Assembly: GCA_008369845.1 (NCBI GenBank)
Contig: MRSU01002137.1
Coordinates: forward strand, 1 to 48,681
Source of the DNA: Trichomonas gallinae
Taxonomy: Eukaryota
DNA: 48,681 nt
Reading direction: 5' to 3'
Shown: positions 1 through 11,300 of the stretch, one piece after another
How positions within the stretch are numbered: position 1 is the stretch's first letter
Layout of the letters: each line of letters begins with the position of its first letter
The notes under the pieces: model-generated
Told to the model about the DNA's origin: nothing
Seen by the model: the letters and a program-made list of their open reading frames with translations, nothing else
The model's database searches: none
Translations under genes and position numbers: made by a program

Positions 1-26
1 TTTTTTTTTTTTTTTTTTTTTTTTTT
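1..26. repeat. Poly-T tract of at least 26 nt (poly-A on the minus strand), truncated by the window edge
   Basis: Positions 1-26 are all T. Confidence 0.95.
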
Positions 27-2988
27 GAAAATTCACTAATTCTTGTATACACAGTCACAAGAAGAGTCATGTGACCTTATATACAAGTAATAAATGCAAT
101 GGATAGCGTAAATATTGAGAAACAAAAAGAATGTATGTAAAGCCGGATTTGGCTTTATCTACTTAAATATATCCTTTCTGATGCATGCACATAGGCTTTC
201 TGGAGCCTTTTGCACTGGTGCTATCACTTTACAGAAAAAAAATGAACCAGAAAATAAACAATTGAATTTATTTTCAACAAACAAATAATTTTCGTCAAAA
301 TGTAATGGTATGGTTGATAAACTCCTATATCTTCACTTTTTATTTTTCAGTGGCTTATCCTTTTTTGATTCTCAGAAAATTTCTGTGCCTGACATGTAAA
401 CATAAAAACGTCTATAATCGTTAGTCCGGTGCCTGGTTTCATGAAAATAGTATTGAAATCAGGCAAAGTAAACTCGTGCCTTACAGCAGATACTAATTTA
501 TCCGAGCTTTCTGGTGATATTTTTTCTAGATTTTAATATTTGTCTTTGAAGATAGAAACAATCAATGATTGCAATTCCGTGTTCGCCCAGGTGTTCATCA
601 TGCACGATATTGAAGCTAATATAGAGGCATAAACATGCAAGTAGTTGGAAAATAGTGAACTTTTGTTCCATCAATTATCACCTTATTCGGAAAATTTGAA
701 TTAAGGATGCCATTACTTTCCATAGGTATGTTCCATAATTATAGTATATAACATGGTTAAATTTTGATATCCCAATTATGTTTATTCAGCGACTTATAAA
801 CATTTTATAAATTGAGAGGATGTCAGATGAACGACTTTTTTGATATTCTAGTTAAATCTTTCTTAAAACATCGGATATACAATATGAAGCATTATTCTTT
901 CAGTGTTTGGCAAAAATATACCGGGGATAAAAAGTTACATAAATTATTCTATAATATGTAAATGTTTCAAGAACATGGCTGTAAACCATTGTTTACATTA
1001 TACAATTACATTGCAATTTTGTGAATATTTTGATAGAATTGCTAGATATTTTGTAATTTATATATTTCATGAATTTTTTTTTTCGGCAAAATAACGTTAA
1101 TATAATTTCATGTAAGTATTGGATACAATTATAACACATGCTAAAATTTGCTGTTAATAAAATTAGTTTAACAAAATATTTTATTTTTCTGCGTTTCGTG
1201 TTAAATATCTTACTTTACCACGGCATGATCAGCTGCTTCACTTTCTTTGCTGCATTCCTGTTGAACTAAATATTCAAATGTTCGAAAACAACAAAATTAT
1301 TATTTGATGTATTGAAAATCAATATTGTCGATGTCATTTTATCGAATTTAGAATCTTTATATATTGCATATTAGCATTCAATAAGGATGTCGCAAGGTAA
1401 CCCACCCACTTGTTTTGAGCATTTTCATTAAATGAAATATTTCGATGAAAAAGGTAAATATGAGATCTAAATATGATTAAGATGCTATATAATAAATTAA
1501 AATGCAAAGAAATTTCTATCATTTTTTGACATCTTTTCAATTTAATATGATGAGCATTGCAAAAATATTTTATTAAAAGTGACAGCAACTTCAGAAGTGT
1601 ATCAACTATGAAAGTCAAAAGGAGAGTGTATTTATATCAATGTATATAATCTATATATTCAACTGAATCTGAAGGGTGCCCCCGGAGGATTAGTTAACTT
1701 TAATTCATTTTGGTACCAAAAAACAAGAAAAAACTAATCCCAATTTAATAGAACCCATATACTATGGGTAGTCGATATGCACATATTTTGAGTTATAAAC
1801 ATATCATCAAGTTAAATATATATGCTGGTCAAATTGAAGGAAAATAACAACCGTTTAGCATCTGACCATTGACTTTTAGTTGAACAGAAAAATATGTACA
1901 CTACTTGTTATCCCTGCGTTAATGTATATTTTACACCCGATGGCATCCGTTTGTATAAAACTCAAAATCCATAGTATACAAAACGCAACTAAAAAGTTTT
2001 CAAATTATACAATGAAAAACAAAATTTTAAAGCTTGTAATTTGAATTAAACTATACATATTTACAGTTTTACTTTCATTAATATATTACATGTGTATATG
2101 CACATATACTTATTAATTATTAATACTGTAGCAAATGGCATATGAGGAATTCATGATCTTTTCGCGTTATAATATCATGTGGATCGCTATTAGGTCCGTA
2201 AATAGAAGATTTAATATTGCATGGTTCACATTCACTGCTGATAGAAGTAGTAAGATTGAAGCTGTAATTGACATCAGTACATCAGTAAACTATGATATAA
2301 TGATCGATTCTCGGTCATCCTTAAAAGATTGAATCCATGGAAAAAGCTCTTATCAAAACAAGGCTTGAAGAATATAAGGAATCCAGTTTGTAGCATTACG
2401 GCAATGGTCATGAAAACATCAAGAAAAGGCATTAAACCGGCGACAATTGCAACGTTAAAATTACTTTGAAATTTGAGAAAAATCCGAATTCAATTTTACT
2501 ATATATGCTTTTATATTTCTTATTATCAACACAAAATCGAATTTAAAAAGGCCATATTTTTCAAAGCATTCCGACTCCGATTTTTCTAGCGGTATGGACA
2601 AAATTTATATCAAAGATTATACTATTACAGCTATTGATATATTTACTAGAATATCTAAGCAAAAAGAAGCCAGAATATCGAGATATGAAAATATGGTTAA
2701 AAATCAAATAGTATGTGAGTTCGAATCGCGCTTTATTGTTTCATTTTTATTTTTTTCTTAACGGTGATTTCTTTGTACAGGAAATTTTTTTCATGACCAG
2801 AGAAATCTGATTTTGGAATTTTAATTTCATTAAGAATGAGAAGAACCGTCATTTGACCTTCAGAATCAACCATTTTTAAATAAATTATTAATAAATTATC
2901 TATAAACATTGTATTAGTTTCACTCTTTGCCATCTATGTTGGTGACAAAAATACCTTGAAAATGAGATTTGACAAAAAGTTTAAATCC

Positions 2989-3185
2989 TGGCATGTAAAG
3001 CATGCGAACCTCCCCTAAATATGATAATCTGACATGTAAAAAATTTGCTTCATTGCTTGTTCAATCATACATATATTATATATAATCATTCTCTTTCCTA
3101 TTATATGTCACTCAGTTATCATATTACAATCGAAGAGAAAAATGCTTATCCATAAAAATGCTTAAATGAATTTTTGACATGTAAA
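2989..3185 (+). promoter_or_regulatory. Three TGACATGTAAA-type motifs upstream of meckelin
   Basis: TGGCATGTAAA at 2989 and TGACATGTAAA at 3030 and 3175. A regulatory role is inferred from position and recurrence only. Confidence 0.45.
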
Positions 3186-3202
3186 ATTAGTTTACATGAA
3201 TA

Positions 3203-3231
3203 AAAGTGACGAGATTTTTGGGCAACCGTTT
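3203..3231 (+). promoter_or_regulatory. Trichomonas-type core promoter motifs (M2-like AAAGTGAC, M3-like AACCGTTT)
   Basis: AAAGTGAC at 3203-3210 and AACCGTTT at 3224-3231 lie just upstream of ATG 3256. They match the T. vaginalis core promoter consensus motifs as I recall them. Confidence 0.5.
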
Positions 3232-3255
3232 ATAAATTTTCGATATAAAGAGAGG

Positions 3256-5724
3256 ATGCTATTCATCCTTTTTACTGAATCAATATCACTCGAAAATAGA
3301 CCAGTTTATCCAAAACCAACATGCGGTGATGGAACTGCATTCAACACATATACATATGCATGCGAAGCTAAATGGATAAATCCTACTTCTGTAAATTACG
3401 ACTATTCAACGCAAGATTTCTCATGTACTGATAGCACTAAAGCAGTTCTCTTCGATAATGCTGCCCAAAGTTGCGCAGAAATCAACACTATCGATACAAC
3501 GAAATATACTCAAATCGGAAGCGAAAAAGCTTATTACAACAATGATTTAATAAGCGATTTCAGTGTAGGTGATATCAATGTAACATATTTGGCTAAAGTT
3601 AGAGCAAGCTACGCAGTATGCAAGTCAGTTCAATTGCAATCACATAAATCTTGCGAAGTTATAGCGAATTACTACGCGTCAACAGGATTCAGTGAGTCAA
3701 ACAAAGCATACACAACATATACAACCCTATTTTCTCCAAGTACAAAAACTGGAGGATTGTACGGATATTCATATTGGCTTAGAGGAATCCCGTGGGTTGC
3801 TTACCCAACATCGCTAAGTCAAGTCAATGATAATGATTTGATATCAACAACGTTTAAATATAAAGATGTTTTAACATTCATCCTCGCGAAATACGATACA
3901 GACGGTAATTTCCTTGGATACACTAAAATGACAGACAATTTCGTTTACTGTGGTGGAAATAACAACGTAACTCAGATATGGAGAGTAATCGGAAGTGATT
4001 TCCAAAGCCAATGCCAGCTGAACATCACCGAGCTCAATTTCCAAGATAACCACTACATGTATGAGCCATTCTTCCTTGAAAATAGTGTACTTCGCCCTAT
4101 TCCTGTCATGGTTTCAGGCGCATCGACTACTAGGCCTTACAGAAGGTTCTTCATTACAGCTGACTACGTTTCTAACAACAAAATTATATACGCCTCAGAC
4201 ATCGGAATGACAATAACACTCCGCGAAGGAACACATGATGAGATTCTTCCACCTGTCTTCTCAATTACATACAAATCAGTGCCAATGACTACAACAAACA
4301 CTCATGCATTCAACTTTTCCGTTACATACTCTGAGTCATTCACAACATTTTGGAGATCTGTAATTATTGTCTCTGCTGTCTTCGGAGCACTTGCTTTCAC
4401 ATACTTCTTGTTCAAAGCATTCACCTATGTACAGCATTTCGGCGAAGACGGCATTGACGGAAAAGTCATTGTTGGATTATTCGGCGAAATCCTCCACATT
4501 GTTGGCGTTTTACTGTTTTTCATCGTATTTGTTTTCTCTTTCTACATTTTGTGCTTCTTCAAGTGGCAGAAAAGTCTCTTCATGTTTCTTCCCGATGCCG
4601 ACGACCTCTACAACCTCACGATCATGCAGTGGACAGCCTTCGCGTGCGTGTTTGTATCAGTCGTCATCAAGATCATCCAGACGGCGCGAACAGACGTTTT
4701 CCTGATCGACTGGGAAACACCAAGAGAGAAGAATCAGCCAGTTTCATCATGGCGCCGTTTGATGATCTCCAACGAGTTCGTCAGGCTCTTCACGAAGAGG
4801 TCATATAACATCCCATTCACTCTTATCGTCATGCTTTTTATTTTGACAGGTTTCAAGACGAATCTCATGGCCTCGCCAGTTCCTTTCACTTTATTAGTGA
4901 ATCTGGGAACTCCATACAAGATATTGACGTTCGCCTACACAGCCTTCCTGTGGCTGATCTTCATGCTCGCTGAGTGGATCTTCATGACGTTCATCAAGTG
5001 GGGAATAATGGGCAACCCATTCACAAACTTCCTCGACCTCTGCGCGATGGCGAACTGCTCCGTCATCATGATGGTCTCCAATTCATACGGCTACTACCTG
5101 CACGGCAGGTCTGTTCACGTGCACGCGGACGAGAACATGATGGCGCTGCACGACCAGCTGTCTCAAGAGCAGGAGGGCAACATCGGACTCAGAGGTTTAG
5201 TGCCTGGAACAACAGACCAAGTCTTCGAGATATATTTGACGCAGAGCTTCAGAGCGGCTTTCAGGCAAACGTACGACTCCGTGCAGTCAGTTGTCAGGCC
5301 TAGAGCGCTCGCTGGAGAGAAGAACATTACTTGGGCATCAGTATCATTGGAAGCCCTCCAGTCCTATGACCACCTCAATGCTTTCTTGCAGCAGTTCATC
5401 AATGATGAAGGCCAGTATGAAGTTAAACCTGCTCCATTCTCGCAAGTTTTCCTTGGAATTGCCCCTGCTGTTCAGGAGAAGAGCGTGTTCCTCATAGAGA
5501 AAGATATTATGTTCAAGAACTCAATGCTCGCAGGAATTGAGTGGACGCTGATGATATTCTATGTCCTCTTGTTCTGCGGAATCGAAACTCAGACTAATTC
5601 GCCACCAATCGCCGCATTCGTGACTTTCCTTGTTGATCTATTTATCGTCAAGGTCACTCAGACACGCGGTAAGTCGAATATAGCTAAGAAATCATTAATT
5701 GATAATAGATTCATTATCTCATAA
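3256..5724 (+). CDS. TMEM67: Meckelin (TMEM67/MKS3) family ciliary transition-zone membrane protein
   Basis: Signal-like N-terminus (MLFILF), Cys-rich ectodomain and multiple TM helices. Meckelin motifs: DVFLIDWE, VSSWRRLMISNEF, NFLDLCAMANCSV, GYYLHGRSVHVHAD, LRGL..FEIY and C-terminal NIAKKSLIDNRFI. Start moved from 3196 to ATG 3256 on the signal peptide and promoter motifs. Confidence 0.9.
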   Translation: MLFILFTESISLENRPVYPKPTCGDGTAFNTYTYACEAKWINPTSVNYDYSTQDFSCTDSTKAVLFDNAAQSCAEINTIDTTKYTQIGSEKAYYNNDLISDFSVGDINVTYLAKVRASYAVCKSVQLQSHKSCEVIANYYASTGFSESNKAYTTYTTLFSPSTKTGGLYGYSYWLRGIPWVAYPTSLSQVNDNDLISTTFKYKDVLTFILAKYDTDGNFLGYTKMTDNFVYCGGNNNVTQIWRVIGSDFQSQCQLNITELNFQDNHYMYEPFFLENSVLRPIPVMVSGASTTRPYRRFFITADYVSNNKIIYASDIGMTITLREGTHDEILPPVFSITYKSVPMTTTNTHAFNFSVTYSESFTTFWRSVIIVSAVFGALAFTYFLFKAFTYVQHFGEDGIDGKVIVGLFGEILHIVGVLLFFIVFVFSFYILCFFKWQKSLFMFLPDADDLYNLTIMQWTAFACVFVSVVIKIIQTARTDVFLIDWETPREKNQPVSSWRRLMISNEFVRLFTKRSYNIPFTLIVMLFILTGFKTNLMASPVPFTLLVNLGTPYKILTFAYTAFLWLIFMLAEWIFMTFIKWGIMGNPFTNFLDLCAMANCSVIMMVSNSYGYYLHGRSVHVHADENMMALHDQLSQEQEGNIGLRGLVPGTTDQVFEIYLTQSFRAAFRQTYDSVQSVVRPRALAGEKNITWASVSLEALQSYDHLNAFLQQFINDEGQYEVKPAPFSQVFLGIAPAVQEKSVFLIEKDIMFKNSMLAGIEWTLMIFYVLLFCGIETQTNSPPIAAFVTFLVDLFIVKVTQTRGKSNIAKKSLIDNRFIIS

Positions 5725-6612
5725 CCAATATTGTGATTATGGACTATTTATGTTTGTAAGGGCTGATTAAACCATCATTACTAGATGTTTAGATTGTTAT
5801 ACACAAAATTTTCAGTAGATTTTAATGATTTGCATGAAAATGCTCAGCTAAATATAAAATATGACAAATAAATTAATTTACATAGCAAAACTTTCATGTA
5901 AATATTTTACTTGTCAAATATGAAAAACAAATTTTCAAATAAACTATCAACAGTTGATGAATAATGAGAAGTGTTAACAAAGTATTTAAATACTGACAAT
6001 TTTTGATGTAGTTTGCAGATATTAATTTAAAAAAAAACAAAATATCATCAAATAGGGAGAACATGCCTTACTGGTTTAATACAAGCTTAACTATAAGCTA
6101 GCAATCCTGATGGCCAAATATATAAATTCTTTGTTTTTCCTTTGGCAAAATATCTTTGTCTAAAAAAATTCTATGAGGTTCCACTTTTATCGACTCATTC
6201 TCAATTTTTTATCATGCACATCATATAATTAATCCATATAACAATTTTACAAAAAATCACCGAGAACGATAGAAGAAGTTTGGCCGGAGAAGAAATATCC
6301 CAAAAACTGTATATATTAATTCAAAAATCGTGCAAATCGAACCTTTATAGACATAATAATTTATTCCCCAGCAAAAATCCAAGATCAACCTTTGAATAAA
6401 AAATTTGTGAGAATAAAAAAAACTACAAAAATTGAAAAATAAATAATATACTTTATTAGTAATATGATAAAAATTAAAATTCAATCTTTCGCTTCATTTT
6501 TGCATCTTTGAAAGTGCTGCATCATGTATATACATAATTTCGTAATAAAATCAAAAAATGAACCTTTTGTCCGATTTTTTATTTTTCAAAGGGATTTGCA
6601 TAAAAAAATAAA

Positions 6613-7785
6613 ATGGGAGTAAATCAGACATTCCTTGGTCTTTCGATATCAAGACTATTGGGTAACTCACCATTCTTCATAAATGAGCACAGAGACAGCA
6701 ATTCGTTCGTTAAAAGCTATTTTTCTCATTCTTATAATCCATTATTCTTCATGAAATCGTTTTCAAAACTCAAACTGTTTAAATCCACATTTACTAAACT
6801 TAATGCTCCGATTGTTGTTTCTCTCCAGGATACTCTTGAATCCTTTTATTCGATTGAGATCAGTGAAACGTTGAAAACATCAGTTGAGCTCGCAGATACT
6901 GAGACAGGTTTGTTTGTTACAGAATGCACAGCTACTGACATTACATTATCTGGTGTTGGACTGTTTGTTTCGCATCTTCCTTTAGTCCTTATCAATGCAT
7001 CAACATTTTCCAATATTACCGGTACAAATACAACAGGCATCGTATATATGGATGGAGCAGTTGTTCTTCATATGAATTTTACTACAGTAACTAATTGTGT
7101 GGGATTAGAATCAGCTGTGGGATATGTTGTTGATACACCAACTACCATTTATAAATGCACATTTACCAACTGCAGCTTGAACCATTCTGCATCTGAAAAT
7201 GCGCCAATTTATTTCTATTTCAAAAATTCAGAGCTAACAATTCACTCGGTATACTTCAACAATTCAGCTTCTTCAGATTCTACGCACGTTTACCTATCGA
7301 TTGATCAAGGATTACGCACAACATTAACGAATATTGAATTTAGAGGTAATAACAATACAAATTCGGCAATATCATACAATCAATCGTCCCATGCATCCCT
7401 ATTTGCTATAGCATTTGTTGATTTTAAACAGAATCCACTCAAACTTACGAATTCTGCGGTAGCTGTTCGCCGCTCTTGCTCATCTCAGCAGCTTACTTTA
7501 GTCCCAGAATCTACAGATTCAATTGTGACCGTAAAGAACTTCACAACACGCGAAGAATGCGATTATGCCAACATTGTAGAACCAACTTCAGATGGCGAAG
7601 AAACGTTAACATCTCAGGAAAAAATAGCCCAATGGGTAACATTTGGCTTCTTCATTGTCTTCTTTGTTGCAGTATTTTCCACCCTCATCGGTTTAATCTT
7701 CTGCAAAGTCGGCCTTAGTGAAGAATTGGTATTTGAAGAGAGTGTAGATATGGAAGAAGATTCGTTCCAGTCATTTGCAGCATAA
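6613..7785 (+). CDS. Putative type I membrane/surface protein with a right-handed beta-helix (pectin lyase/Pmp-like) ectodomain
   Basis: 390-aa ORF with repeated hxhxxxxFxN patterns (STFSNIT, CTFTNCS, VYFNNS, IEFRGN). One TM helix (WVTFGFFIVFFVAVFSTLIGLIFC) and a short acidic tail. The fold is inferred. Confidence 0.65.
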   Translation: MGVNQTFLGLSISRLLGNSPFFINEHRDSNSFVKSYFSHSYNPLFFMKSFSKLKLFKSTFTKLNAPIVVSLQDTLESFYSIEISETLKTSVELADTETGLFVTECTATDITLSGVGLFVSHLPLVLINASTFSNITGTNTTGIVYMDGAVVLHMNFTTVTNCVGLESAVGYVVDTPTTIYKCTFTNCSLNHSASENAPIYFYFKNSELTIHSVYFNNSASSDSTHVYLSIDQGLRTTLTNIEFRGNNNTNSAISYNQSSHASLFAIAFVDFKQNPLKLTNSAVAVRRSCSSQQLTLVPESTDSIVTVKNFTTREECDYANIVEPTSDGEETLTSQEKIAQWVTFGFFIVFFVAVFSTLIGLIFCKVGLSEELVFEESVDMEEDSFQSFAA

Positions 7786-8121
7786 CATCAAATAATATGT
7801 ATTGTTTTATGCTATCTTATAATAAAATCCTATTATTTCGTTTTAGTTCCCCATATTATATAAAACTTAAAACTCCAAAATGATGAATATAATACTTTCG
7901 GGGAAAACATTGTATCTCAAAGCAGGCTCATGTTCGAGTCTAGAATTACTGATTTTCTTCTCTTTTTATAATGCTATCTTCCCTTAAAAAGAAGAGTTGC
8001 CTCATATTGAACATATTCAAACTATTGAGATAAAATAATGGACAAATTCGCCACTCTACGATGAATCAATTCGAAATTTTGGTCATATACTTGTAAGTTC
8101 TTCCTTCAAATCCAAATGCCT

Positions 8122-8294
8122 CGGCATGTAAAAACCAAAAGATCAAAAAACTGATATTTTTGACATGTAAAGATAGGGAAACAGTTCATTCTGACATTTA
8201 ATGTATACAAAATGAAATTATTTTGACATGTAAAAATCCAAATTGATATGACTTTGACATGTAAAAAGATATGAAATGAAATCTGACATGTAAA
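8122..8294 (+). repeat. Phased array of six TGACATGTAAA-type motifs with divergent spacers, period ~31 bp
   Basis: Copies start at 8122 (CGGCATGTAAA), 8161, 8192 (TGACATTTAAT), 8224, 8255 and 8284. Spacings are 39, 31, 32, 31 and 29. Confidence 0.85.
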
Positions 8295-8331
8295 GACAAA
8301 AATTTAGTAGCGATATCGTTTTCAAGAATTC

Positions 8332-11300
8332 ATGAATGAACTAATCAGCTCTATTGCAAAGATAAACGCGAGCCAGGCAAACAAAGACATCGTGAGGGGC
8401 ATGCTAATCGATATAGAAAATAAATTTAATGTGTTTTCCGTAAAGAAAGCTTATCCGAATGGTGCTTCTTTTGCAATTGAATCGATTTTGAAGTTTCTTA
8501 CTGACGCATTTTGCAATTCAGATGCAAATATTCGTACCCAAGCACAGAGAACTCTCTGCGTCTTCCTTTCTCATTCATCAGCATTTTATCCGAAAACATT
8601 ACGAGGAATATTTAGCGAGCAATCAAATCTGTTGCCAAAAGATGGAAACCCGTACGCAAGCCTATTCATAGCAGTTGCTTTCACTTGGCTGACACATGAT
8701 GTTGATCCGATTTATTTGCAAGATCTGTATTCGAATTCACATATCGTTCAATACTTCTCGATTCTCAAGCCAGAAATAGCTACAGATATACCAACTGTTA
8801 TCAGTTTGCTTCAAGATCCACCCAGAGAATTTCTCGTTAAATTATTAAATTTGTTTTTAGAGCAATTGAGGCAAAATGATTTATCGACAAGTCTTATAAG
8901 AGCGATTACAGCAGTTATTTTACATAACCAAGACCTCGTCTCGGTTCTGTTCAAAGCGTTTCGCGAAGATGATAATTTAATTCCGATATCTCTACCATTG
9001 ATATCGCATTTGATCTCAAATAAAGTGAACTTAGATCGTATACACTTTGATTATACGCATTTTGAACTTATTCGCTCACTTCTTGAAAGACATGATAACG
9101 AAACAATGTGTGAAGCTGCATTTCAGATACTTTCACATCCATCAGCATCATTTTCAGTATCAACAAAGATGGATGGATCAATGGCAAAGCTCAAAGTTAA
9201 GCTGAAAAGAAGATCTGGTGGAAATCCTGAAATTATTCCAATTAAATTCGATATCAATAGTTACAACACAGCGTCACGATTTTTACTTCCATTACCACTC
9301 GAATTCCTTACATGGGATCCAAAAGATCTGCTTCCAGAGACAAAAGCAAAATTTTCAACAATATCAAACATTGCGCGAACATCACAAGATCCAAAAGTCA
9401 TCGAGAAGACATTTGATATGTTTAAATTCGCTCTACAAATGGGAAATAACGATAAAATGCCTGATATTATAACAAGATTTTCTGCATGTTGCTTAGTTTA
9501 CCTAAACACATCACGACACTTCGAATTCATTGCATTAATACGCGAATTGATATATCTTAGACAAGACATTCGCGATAGAGTTATCACGAAAACTCAAATC
9601 CACGGATTAATCAGCGCTTTCACCCCTGCAAATATCTTTAAATACTACGATAGGAATACATATGAGACAATTCTTGATTATGTCATTCAAGATGTCTTAC
9701 ATCCGAACGATATCGTGAGATCTTCTGCCTTAGAAACTCTTAAAGCATTTAGCAGCTACTCAAAGCATGAGCTAATCATTGAAGCAATATTCGATCGCTT
9801 AGATTGCTTCGATCAAGATAAAATGGAATATTCTTTTTATGCTGTTTCAATTCTTGGCGAAGAGAAGCCAGACCTTGATAAATACTTCTTGCTACCCACG
9901 CTGAATATGACAATTGATCTCATGCTCTTCAACGAACTCCCTTTGTCGACATTGACTCTCGCTATGAGGTATCTGTCGCTTTTTGACATGTCTTCAGATG
10001 ATATTTCTCATCTAGGAGACATACCTGTCATAGTGCACCAGATAATTACTGAATCTGTCAACCACATCATCGGAACAACAAGAAAAACAAAATCAACAAG
10101 ATATGATTCGAATTCTCTGCGAAAAATGATAGATGTGAACTTCAAAAACAACCCAATTGAAGTATTTACTAGCAAACCAATAAATAATCGAATTTCGGTA
10201 TTTCCGCATTTATATTACGCGCTGAGATTGTTCAGATGCTTCCCTATTGCAAACGTTGTTGCATCGCTTTTCACATGTATAACTGATGCCTGCGTGCAAA
10301 TTTTTCCAGACGTTTCGTCTGACGCGCTTTTAAGGTGCTGGCCACTGCTTGTTAGAACCGATAGACAGATTGTTTTAAATTCTATGACAACACATCTCAG
10401 ATTATCGCCGAATTTCGACGTCGCGTCAAGATGGCTTAAGATATTGATGGATCCACTCAACGAAGACTTAATTGATCAAACTCCTGACTTCAAGAACTCA
10501 TTCCTCGTCAACATCAGCGAAATTCCAAGCCACGCGAAGAATATTCAACCTTCATCTTTGCTCAGATACACGAAATTCATTCTAAACACAGGCAGCGACA
10601 AAACAAAAGAGTACCAGGCAGCAATAGAAGAGCTATCTGAAGATGCGAGAGTAGATTTCCTCAGATCGATAAGAGAACTGGACGAAAACGTTGTCTTCGA
10701 GCTCGTAGATGACCCACCTGAACTGAAAGTCAACTTCGCCGGCGGTTTGATTGAATCGATGCGCCAAATGATTCAGACGACGAAAGCAATATATACGAGA
10801 GTCAAAAGGCGTGTTAAATTATACGAAATGGCAAAATCTTCTATAGAAACACGCGAAATCATCAGAGATAACTTAAATGTCGGCCTCCCAGAAGACCTGC
10901 ATTCGCGCGAAGACACAGCAAGATATATTTCGCTCGTCAAATTCCAGACTGTTGATTTGAATCCGTCAGACTTGAAGCGCCTTATTCACTATTTCTGCGA
11001 CGTGTTCAGCACGGAAGGAATAGTCACGACACTCGACCACTGGTTCAACAGGTTCAGTATAAACACTATGGAATTAATCGGGCAGACGAATGACTGGGTC
11101 TATAGATTCCCAATAGATTCAATTCCAGCAATCGCTAAAGTAGTTTTAGACCACAAATACAAGATCGAAGACTTTCTCATGAAGTACGCACCAGACATGC
11201 CTAAGATACAAGGAGTAATACAGCCATACGTGCCTGACAAATCGAGGTATTTGAACAGGAACCAGAATTTCACTGTTTTTATTTCGTCGTTCAAAGAATC

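Noticed and set aside
1708..1769. Palindrome TTTTGGTACCAAAA and hairpin ACCCATA/TATGGGT as a Helitron or MITE end
   Set aside because: No CTRR terminus at the expected distance, and no partner TIR or TSD seen.
2719..2727. Isolated B-box-like GTTCGAATC (also GTTCGAGTC near 7932)
   Set aside because: No cloverleaf, A-box or stem support around either site.
903..2933. Short ORFs 903-1094, 1334-1618, 2135-2332 and 2733-2933
   Set aside because: Short, with AT-driven I/F/K/N composition, some with non-ATG starts, and no recognisable motifs.
8122..8294. CRISPR array interpretation of the repeat-spacer pattern
   Set aside because: The repeat is only ~11 bp, the spacers are ~20 bp and low in complexity, there are no cas genes, the context is eukaryotic, and the motif also occurs singly elsewhere.
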